In this document: positions 10,249 through 19,595 of the stretch, one piece after another | Layout: every line of letters starts with the position of its first letter | How positions within the stretch are numbered: position 1 is the stretch's first letter | Source: Basidioascus undulatus | Taxonomy: Eukaryota | DNA: 20,000 nucleotides | NCBI GenBank assembly: GCA_000826855.1 | Contig: JTLS01000008.1 | Span: 48,650 to 68,649, forward strand | Reading direction: 5' to 3' | The notes under the pieces: generated by a model | Told to the model about the DNA's origin: nothing | Databases searched by the model: none | The model's input: only the letters and a program-made list of their open reading frames with translations | Translations under genes and position numbers: made by a program

Positions 10249-11311
10249 ATGTCTGCGCCGTCCGCTTCAAAGGCTTCCGAGCCGTCCGGCGCGAGCCCGC
10301 CTCCCCCGACCCCTTCCGCCCCGCCCCCGCCAAAGGGCGCCGAGGAGGTCGCAAAGGAAGCGGCGCCCAAGGAGGGCGAGCTCAAGCAGGCCGATGAGAA
10401 GCTGAAGGCGGAGGAGAAGGCGGAGAAGAAGGAGCCGGCAGCTAAACAGGAGGACAAGGGAGACAAGAAGGCTGAGGTGCGCGCCGATCCTCAGCAATCT
10501 CGCCGGCTTGGCTTCCTTGTCGTGAGGGGACGATTGGAGCTAAACATGGGATCTGAATCTGGGTTGTGGTGCAGGACCCGACCACAGCGACGGGCGTGAT
10601 CGATATGGAGGTGTTCGGGCAGATCCTCGAGATGGACGACGATGACGACGACCGCGATTTCTCCCATGGGATCGTCATCAACTTCTTTGAGCAAGCAACC
10701 GCTACGTTCAAGGAGATGGACGATGCTCTGTGAGTGCAATCTTTTCTGGTGGCTATGGGACAGAGGGCAGGAGGAGATCTTGGGACGATATGGGCCCCGG
10801 ACTGCACGGTCGCGTGCGTCGCAGTGGCGTCGGTGCTGCCTCTATCGGGCCCGTGTCTCTGGGTTCAGTACGTTTTCCCGGAGCACCGACACGGCGCATG
10901 CAGAATCGCTGTTGGGCATCTGCGCATCACCCCCTTTACTCTGCCGCTGCACGGCTGCATCCACGCTCCATACCGACGATCCCTCTCCCTAACCCGCTGT
11001 CGCCTTCACACTCTCGCTGATCTCCCGCTGATTCCTTCCCTGTCCTTCCCAGCGCCGCCTGCGACCTGAAGCAACTGCACACGAAGGGCCACTTCCTGAA
11101 GGGCTCGTCTGCCGCGCTCGGACTGATAAAGGTCAAGGCGTCGTGCGAAGCGATCCAGAACCTGGGCAAGCTCAAGGACCGCACGGGCACGCGCGACATC
11201 CCGCGGGACGAGGCGCTCAGCCACGTCAAGGACGTGGTCGAGCGCGTCCAGGGCGAGTACAAGGAGGCCGAGGCATGGCTCGAGGCGTTCTACGCCGAGG
11301 CCGCAGAGTAA
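10249..11311 (+). CDS. YPD1: Histidine phosphotransfer (HPt) protein of the two-component/HOG phosphorelay. Exons 10249-10476, 10575-10729, 11053-11311
   Basis: Spliced protein: Pro/Lys/Glu-rich N-terminal extension, then VIDMEVFGQILEMDDDDDDRDFSHGIVINFFEQATATFKEMDDAL|AACDLKQLHTKGHFLKGSSAALGLIKVKASCEAIQNLG...WLEAFY. It contains the GHFLKGSSA phosphoacceptor motif. Confidence 0.95.
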
Positions 11312-11889
11312 CCTACCTCCGCCGGCCGACCACTCCTTCCGCCACCCACCCGCTCCCCACGTCTCTCCGTCGCATCACCCTGGCTCACCCGAAGAGCCCA
11401 GCCCCCCTCACCGTCATCCCTTATCTCGCCCCTCTCCCGCTCGCTCGCCACCTCCCCTGGCCTCTCCATTCTCCTCCATCACTGCACCTCATGGCGCTCT
11501 TCTCCAACCGTCCCCCTCTTTCGCACGCGCTCCTGGCATCGTTCTACATCTCCTAACCTCATCCACGCGCACCGCACCTCTTTTCCTCATCTCCCGGTCA
11601 CGCAGCAGAGCAACCCCTCGTCCGCCTTCTTCCCCTCTTCCACTTCTCCACCCGTCTATTTCACTTCATGTCTCTTCTTTTTCCCTTTCCTCTTTTTGCA
11701 CATACACCGTTTCCTTTCCTAGTACCACTTAAAAGATTCTCCCCCCGTTCTGCGCTACATGCTCGACCAATCCCAACCTCCGCGCACCCTTCCCTTCCCC
11801 TCGTCTTCTCCCCTTCAGTACACTCGGTATCTCCCTACAACCTAACGTCTCCTGATCGACCGACCGCCAAACCGAACCATCTGATTTCT

Positions 11890-14830
11890 AAGTGACCTCA
11901 ACACTCGGTTGTTGCGGAGGTGTGGCGTGCTGGCGTGACTTTGACCGTCTTTCGCTTTGACGTGGACTTCCACAGGGGCCACTCTGACCACAACATCCTC
12001 TGCCTTGTGCTGGATCTGCCTGCCCCGCTGCTAAGGACACATTGGTCTCGCCCCGAGCCTGCCCCCCCCTGCCACAGACCCGCCCACAACCTTCCGGGCA
12101 GACCGCGTGATTGACTGGGCACATCACTCTGATGAGTCGTTGAGCTTGCACAGGAACGGCTCCGCGAACTCCAGCCGCAGCCGGACAAGGTCCCCCTGGC
12201 AATGCTACAGTAGCACCAGAAAGCTGTCACTGCTGGAAAGGCTGTCCGCCTAGCAGAGGTGCTCAACTGCGACAGCGAGCGGGAGTGGTGGGCACTCGTC
12301 TTCCGTTACATCGGCGAGCATGGAAGTGCTCCATAGGTCCTGTTCTCCAACCTGCATGATATGTTCCACAGACATATCAACCCCCCAGCCATACTTCCAG
12401 CACACTTCAACCTGGACATATGCGAGCTGAACAGGCTCCTGGCCAAGCAGATCCCAGCGCAGACCACCCCCATGGATGACCTATATCCCATGCATCGCCT
12501 ATGGTCAGTGGGTGAGGTTGAGGATCTCCTGAAGCACCTCAAAGACATCAAGCCTACCGCACCAGGTGTGGACAAGATGCCCTACTCATTCCTGCTGGAC
12601 CTCCCCCCAGTGCACTGAGGGACTACCTGAACACCTGCCTAGAGTGTGAGTGCTCTTCTGAGGAGCAGGTCAGCCTCATGGTGGGCGTGCCCAAATTCAA
12701 CAAGAGCCGACAGGTCACAGAGAACTACAGTGCCATTGTGCTGGAACCCAGCCTCCTCAAAGCGCACATGTGGTTCATCAACCGGCGCAGGTAGGAGTGG
12801 GGTGAGGCGGACAAGTGCATCCCCCCGACCAGAATGGCTTCCGCCCTGGCTACTGCACAAACAACAATGCCTGTGTTCTCCAGGCCTGCATTGACCAAGC
12901 CAAGGCGCAGGGCCAGACTCTCTATGCGGCATTCATTGACCTCTCCAATGCCTTCCCCTCTGTGGACCGAGAGACACTCTGGCTCAAGTTCCTTGACTGG
13001 GGTGCCGGGGGCTGAGTCTTTGACTTGTCCGCATGCTCTACCAGACGATGAAGTACCACACCAAAGATTGGAAGGCTCTTTCTGAGGAGTTCCTCTCTGC
13101 CATTGGCAGCCTCATGGGGAATCCCAGCTTGCCCACGGTGTTCATTCTCTACATGTCGGACTTCATGCTCCCAGAGGATGCAGATGTCATTGTCTTGGCA
13201 GGCCAGATCATTGCCTACGTCCTTCATGCGGATGATACAGCGATCATGTCCACCTCACTGGAGGGCCTCCAGCACAAGCTGAACAGGCTCAGCTGACGGT
13301 CTGCCAACAACTTTGTGGATGCCAACCCGGACAAGTCCGAGGGAATGGCTTTTGGGAAGCTCCTGTCTCCTCCACCCACCTTCCACTTGTACAACCGCCT
13401 GATCCGGTACAAAATGTCCACAACATATGTTGGGTCTCTGGTCTCCTCTGACCCAAGGCGGTCACTCTTCCACCGGCACTATGAGGAGGCCAAGAAAGCC
13501 CGCAAAGTTGGCCTGTCCTGCTTCTTCCTTGAGCCATACATTGACCAGCTGTCACACTCCCATGCAATCAAGCTCTACAAAGCAGTTGTGGTCCCGCACC
13601 TCATCTCTGCATACAAGGTTGCCATCCCCTCCACAGTGGCTGAGCACACACTCTTGCAGGACGAGCAGCACCGGTTCATCCGCCATGCGCTACAGGTACA
13701 CTCCAACAGCCTCACCTTCCCTCTCTTCACAGAGACAGGCCTGCAACCCATCCTGCTGTGGCACCTTCTCATGTGCCTCTGCTACATCCTCTATGCAGTG
13801 GAACAGGAGGACCCTCACTTTGTATGGGCAGCCCTGCTCGACAGCATGCAGCTTGCAGATTGAGGGCACAAGAGCTTCTTTGCATGCCTACAGGGAGAAG
13901 TTGCACTCTATGGGGGACACCTGCCAAGCAGCTGGCCCATCATGGCGGACCTCATCACTGAGGTCTCTTAAGAAGCTCAAGGCTAGCTTCCAGGCCCTTA
14001 TTGTGGAGAAGAGCTTTTCTGTCCCTCGCTGCCACCTGCTCCAGGGCCGCAAGCTGCTGTGGGGTTACAGGGAATACCTGAGCATCCCTGCAGGTCTCTA
14101 CTGCAGGGCACTGACACAAGCTCATCTTCTCCGAGCACCTGCTCTGAGTGGAAACCCTGCATCATGGCAGCACAACCATCCCTCCCGAAGATACCTGCCA
14201 CCTCTGTGACCTTGAGGTGGAGGACCCTCTGCAAATTCTCTTTGGCTACCCAAATGAGGGCTGCTGTGTCCTGCACAACCAACTCCTGCAACAGGCGAGC
14301 CAGCATGCCATGCCGTATGTCAGGGAGCCTGCGCAAGTTTCACTGGCCTTGGAGAATGTGTCCATGCTCCTTAGCAAGTGCTACTACAAGATTCGGCTGG
14401 CCATCACCGGCACTGGTGTCCACCGTGGAGATGGGGCGGCTGATGACTCGAACCTGGAGGATGATGCCACGCCCGTGGGGGGGGGGGGGGGCAGGGCGTG
14501 GACGATGTAGGAATTTGAAGAGATGGCCAACACTTACTGAACTGAGTCTGATTCACCCTGCCGGCCTTGTCACTCCAGAAAGGATGAACTGGGAGCTGAA
14601 AGCGCTGTGCGGTAATTTGAGAGAATGGCCCGCTTCTTTGTCGCACTAGTTTGCCTTCATGCTCATACCAATGCATCCATGCTCACCAGCGCTGCATTCC
14701 ACTCAGATTCAAGCACCGAGGACGTCCTCCTTTGCTTCGAGATTGGACCGGAACTGATCGGGGGTTCTTTCCCATCGTGACGGAGGTATCATAGGGATTA
14801 ACGTTCTCCGCTGCGCATGAATACACTCTC
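11890..14830 (+). mobile_element. 5'-truncated, inactivated non-LTR retrotransposon (APE endonuclease tail - reverse transcriptase - CCHC finger); boundaries approximate
   Basis: SDH endonuclease motif at 11983-11991. RT motifs APGVDK, QNGFRPGY.TNNN, AFIDLSNAFPSVDRETLW, LMGNPSLPTVFILYMSD, HADD (13225-13236), GLQHKLN and NPDKS. A degenerate C..C..EVEDPL.ILF finger lies at about 14196-14250. There are many stops and frameshifts, visible CpG depletion, and no target-site duplication found. Confidence 0.92.
14477..14491 (+). repeat. G15 homopolymer near the end of the LINE coding remnant
   Basis: Fifteen consecutive G read directly from the sequence. Confidence 0.9.
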
Positions 14831-16250
14831 TTACCTCCACCCACCCCCACCCTTGGCGTTCTGAAAGACTCGAGGAAATCCAAAGGCACACACATCCCAC
14901 ATTGAGCTTCTCGCCTTATACTTTGAGCCTTTATCCACCAATAGCTATACGGAAGTTCTCATATTGTTTGGACCGCTTACCAGCCCACATGTTTGACTTA
15001 CACTTCGTCAAGCATGTCTACCACACCGGCGGGATTTTGAAGTACAGCCCTCTCCGCCTACCAGCTCTGAGGTACACGGAGTCAGGGCAGTGGCGGCCGG
15101 TCTGGGGACTGTACGAATGGGACACGCTTCACGGCAGATCGAGTGAGGTCACTCGCCTTGGCCTTTACAAGCCCGACATCCTCCGCCCGTATGACATCGC
15201 GCCCGATCCCTTCTCCCAAAGATTGATACACTCGTGCACCTTCGACCGACGTTCATGGCTCGCTCCTGAAACGAAATGCGGGTGATGATCTTGCTGGTTA
15301 GACGGCCTATGCAGCCGATCTCATGGCAGACGTAAGAGGCAGGGCTGCGTACGTTGAGCAAGAGCTTCAGCAAGTCTCTGGTTGATACAGATCAGAAGAG
15401 GGCCGGGAGAAATGAGGGTCAGAGTGAGGGAAGTGCGAAGACTCACTCTGAGCGTTCTTGCTGCACCGGCGCTTTGTGCCCTGTATGTGCCGACTCGCCC
15501 TGCCAGACCTCCCCCTTCGGACAGCGTCTGTTATCCACTAATTCTGTTGAGTTTTTCCTCAGTTGCCCTTCTTTTAGCTTTTTGAGTCACAAGTCTGCAC
15601 CGCTGTCTCTCAAGGAGAACAGGCCGGGGATAGCAATGCTGTACGGCTCGGGAGTGACACCGAAATATAGTCTTACGTTTGTCTTATAAAATACAATGTG
15701 TCCTTTCGGTTTGCAATATCTCATATAGAAGGACATAATGAACAGTGTGGGCGCACCTGGGGACGATTCGCCGCAACAGCACAGCTGTCCGAGTAGGAAG
15801 ACACGATTGACTCTCTTCCCGTAAGGCAATACGCATCGCATGGGTAGACCGCGTTTATAAAGCCCTCCCGCCGGTCCGACATCATCTTAATATGGGTTGC
15901 TTCCCAGGGAGAGTAAGTACAGCGAAACGTGCATGTCAGTGTGCAAGCGGATTCCAGGCACACCCATTTGCTGGGGCATGCACGGCACTTGCGATCTTCA
16001 AGGGAAGCACATTCATGACTCATGTACATGCGAGTTATTTTATCTCAATTACTATGGATCCTTCTCCAATGCCAGAGACAGACCCTGTTGCAACAAGGTG
16101 AAGAGTGAAACGAACAAAGCAGGCGAGCGCGCTTAACGCCGCACCAGACAGCGATTAAAGCCGACAGTCGCTCAATTTTCGTATGGTCAACGGCGTGGCT
16201 CCCTGCTCTTGACCGCCCAGCGCGCCATCAAGCAACCTTCGCCGTTCGAG

Positions 16251-17131
16251 ATGGTCAGCGCGCCATTCCCAACGATACCGCCCATGTCCTCCTCGTACTG
16301 ACAATACCCTTCCCCTCTTCTTCCCCCTTGCACCCCTTATAACTTTGCGCCTATCCCGTATCCCGACCCGACCCGTCACCCTTTCGACGATCACCAACCT
16401 TGACCTTCTTCGCTTCCCCTGCCGACCCCTGCACCGAATCGACGGACGGACGGTATTTGGATCCGAATGCTGTGATTGTTGGTTGGACGGGTTGGATTGG
16501 ACCTGCAGCCGTCCCAGAAGTCCTTCCGCACCAAGCGCATTCTCGCGAAGGCGGCGCGCCAGAACCGGTGCGTCAAAGTTCGGCTTCTCACGCTGCGATG
16601 GAAGGAGCGGGGTGTTGGCAAGGGTTTGCGGGGGTGGATGTGGGCGATGGAGGGAGGGCGGCTCATTAGGCGGGTTGGGTCGTGGGGAAGGGATAGGGAA
16701 CCCGCCAAGGGGCGGCGGGGGCAGCTTTGCGGCGCTCGGCCAGCTAGCACGCGTTCTTGGGTGGGAGGAGAGAGCCGGGCAACGCGCAGGATGGCTCTCT
16801 GACACCGGGACTGCAAATTGCGATACGAACGAGCCAGGACACCCTGACTGACACCGTCTTCTATCCGCCTCCTCCAGCCCGATCCCCCAGTGGTTCCGCC
16901 TGAAGTCGGACTCCAAGATCCAGTACAACGCTGTCCGTCCTCACTCCCTCTCCCCCATCCCGCTTTCTTCCTCTTCCCCGCCCATTCCTTTTTCCCCGCT
17001 TCCTCTCCTTCCCCTACCTTCCCCGCCTTTTTTCCTACCTTCCGCGACCCGAGTGGACCCGCTCACCCTCCACCCGCTTCCCCCGTAAACAGAAGCGCCG
17101 CCACTGGCGCCGCACGAAGCTCAACATCTGA
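16251..17131 (+). CDS. RPL39: 60S ribosomal protein L39 (eL39), 51 aa. Exons 16251-16253 (ATG only), 16509-16567, 16878-16932, 17093-17131
   Basis: Spliced product M|PSQKSFRTKRILAKAARQNR|PIPQWFRLKSDSKIQYNA|KRRHWRRTKLNI*, the eL39 signature. All introns are GT-AG. The ATG-only first exon is inferred (an alternative ATG|GT exists at 16183). Confidence 0.96.
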
Positions 17132-18567
17132 GTGTCGCGTCTACCCTTGGTTTCCCTCTCCGACTTCCGACTTCTGCCGCCCCCGATTCCCCTATGTGCA
17201 TCCATCGTCTAGCATCATGGCCAGCATGTATACTTGCCCCGACGTGAGACCGTGCGCTTGGGGCGCGGGCGAATTGAACGCGTGTGGTGTTGGGCGCGCA
17301 GGCTGCTGGTGGTGGTGTGTTTTGGGGATGGCGCGTTGGGCGCGAACTGACGAGCACTGGGCTGACTTGAATCGAATCGCACACTGCTGATGGCAGCGCC
17401 GCACTTACCGTCACTTACCGTTACTTACTGCACCTCGTTCGGCGGCATGCTTCTCATCAATTGGTTCTCATTCACGTTCGCTTGGTGCCCTTGTCCAGCT
17501 CGCTTCCTCGCTCCTTCTCGCTCGCTTTCGCCGCTCCTTCTCGCTCGTTTCCCTCGTTCGCGTGCGTTTCACTCACTACCACACCGACTGCCGCGGCCGT
17601 CCGTCATGACGCCTCGACACGGTAGCGTGCCCACAGTGCCCACCGACGCGCTTCGCCGTTCTTTCATACCAAATGGCCTTACTAACCTGCGGCCTGGCCA
17701 AACTCATCCCGCAGCCCGACGCGCTGTACAGCTTGCTCAATCTGCCCTGCGCCTACGATCTTGACCGGACAGCGCCGCTTTGTTCGTGAGGGGGTACTTG
17801 CTCTTGCTCTCATTCGGGCCACACGCCCTTCCTCGCTGTGGTCCGCTCGATCTACACGCTCAGGCGCTATCCCTCTCCGCTCCGTACAAGCTCGTCCCAT
17901 CCTATCGTGCAAGATAATGCACGACTGTCCGATGTTCGACTTGAAGCGTCAGCCTCAAGCAAGGACTTCCGAGTCGGAACGGTTAACTCGCCGCTGCAGC
18001 GCGCTGTCAGCTGGAGGTTGCAGTCAGCTGTCCCGGCTTCGCTGGCCCGTAAGGGAGGAAAGCGTCTGGTGAAGCTATATCTGTTGTTCATGGAAGTAGG
18101 CCTTGAGCGTTGACCTCCGTAAAATACCTGTGAGGGTCAGCCTGCGTTCATGCACCACCGGGCATTTTGAGGGACGCTCGCATCGTATGGTCCCTAGGGG
18201 ATGAAAGTAAGAATTGTTTGTGCGCGAGGGCCTGAAAGAGGCATGTAAACGCTCGAGAACCAGAGGAAGGAAGGCAAACGAGAAACAGAAGGAGGAAAAG
18301 AACGATGGTGCGCAGAGGCACGTCAAAAGCGGCGTGCGCAGAGGCACCTCAAACGAGACAGTACGATTCTCTTGCGACGGAGCGAGGGACGCTCGCGTCG
18401 CTGGGGATTCTACGGAACCGTCAGCGACGCAGATTTCCGACCGACTGGACCTGTGTCACCAAGGCGCCGGACGGAGGAGGAAGTGTGCCGCGGGGACGAC
18501 TCGGACCTGTGTGAGCGATTTTGAAGAGCGCTCGCAGCGCTTGACCTGTGGTGAGGAAGTCAGGCCT

Positions 18568-18727
18568 GTGCACGAAGGCACAGGAATGGAAAGATGAGCG
18601 GTGCGGGGGGCACCAAGGAAAGAAGGCTGGGGGGAAGAAAGACGGTGGTGTGCGGGCACACCACCATCGGGAAAGGAAGAGCGGCTAGGAAAGTAGGTGT
18701 GTAAAGGGACGATCGTGCACGAAGGCA
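18568..18727. repeat. 13-bp direct repeat GTGCACGAAGGCA (18568-18580, 18715-18727) flanking a 134-bp segment with a central inverted repeat (18644-18653 / 18656-18665)
   Basis: Exact matches read from the sequence: GGTGGTGTGC-gg-GCACACCACC. Confidence 0.75.
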
Positions 18728-19428
18728 AGTCTTGCTCTTGAAAATATCTCCTGGGGAGAGACATCTGTACGGTTCGATTGTGTGACGGTCTGAGTATCAG
18801 AGAGTGGAGATTGATGAGTGGGGAGAACGAGGAAGGAAAGAGGGGAAAGCGGCGGACGACTGGTGAGGAGGGCGGGTGCAGACGAGGAGGGAGGAATGGC
18901 ATACACGAGATATCTGCTCTCGAGCAAATGATGCTTTGTTTGCTGAGCTACTGTCGGGCATGGTGCCGCAGCAGGATGCAGTCGTCTCCAACCTCCGAGA
19001 CCGAGCATATATTGAGCGTGTGTCAAAGATTGCTGGCCGGATTGATAGGGTCGCTGTCTCCTTTAACGGTGCTATAGTGATGGCTTTTTTTCGCGCCCCT
19101 GCCTATGAGAATTACGGCTGGTAGTGCTGTGCGCCGTTAGAAATGTCCGGCACAGTCTGGATCTGGTGAACGCCGGTGGTTCAAGGTCGTACTGAAGTCG
19201 CGCATGCATCCCCTCGAGCTCGCTCGCGCCTCCAAGTCTTTCTTCTTCCGGCTCTCCGGTTTCTCCATGAACTCTGCTCTGGAATAGTCGACATTGGTCG
19301 ACATTCACAGCGCGATGTCGATATCGAGCATTCAGGCTCGTGAGGCAGCGGGGCCAAAGAATCTATTCTTAGCCCCTCACCGCCAGCGCGACTGCATATG
19401 CCAACTTGCATTGAGTTGTGACCTGAGG

Positions 19429-19452
19429 CTTCTGCGACGGCTTCTGCGACGG
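19429..19452. repeat. Perfect 12-bp tandem duplication (CTTCTGCGACGG x2)
   Basis: Read directly from the sequence. Confidence 0.85.
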
Positions 19453-19595
19453 AAGCGGCCTGGTATCCAATGACCGAGTGGGGGACAGGCTATCCTGCGT
19501 AGGCAGGATCGTCGCCGCGACGTTAAAAGAGGTAGAACACAGGATGGAGACTGCATTCCCCACCCCCCACCCCCCTTGAGCACACCTATCTCGCC

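Noticed and set aside
10730..11052. TPP riboswitch in the long YPD1 intron
   Set aside because: Lacks the CTGAGA and downstream conserved TPP aptamer motifs, and the host is not a thiamine gene.
12129..12160. CTGATGAG, resembling a hammerhead ribozyme core inside the LINE
   Set aside because: No stem II followed by GAAA, and it lies within the coding remnant.
11860..14860. Target-site duplication or poly(A) tail for the LINE
   Set aside because: No matching flanking direct repeat or A-tail was found by eye, so the element ends remain approximate.
16769..16805. 8-bp hairpin (AGAGAGCC/GGCTCTCT) followed by ACA in RPL39 intron 2, a possible H/ACA snoRNA
   Set aside because: The hairpin is too short, and no upstream hairpin, H box or pseudouridylation pocket was identified. 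A snoGPS/Infernal scan would be needed.
16155..16928. 257-aa minus-strand ORF antisense to RPL39
   Set aside because: Pro/Arg/Gly-rich translation of G- and C-skewed introns, a non-ATG start and no recognisable domain. The plus strand is explained by RPL39.
17228..17396. Possible intron in the RPL39 3' UTR (CTGAC/CTGAT branch-like motifs, CAG at about 17396)
   Set aside because: Several weak donor candidates and no way to choose among them without transcript data.
18120..18730. CRISPR-like array
   Set aside because: The repeats are different short pairs with irregular spacing, in a eukaryotic context with no cas genes.
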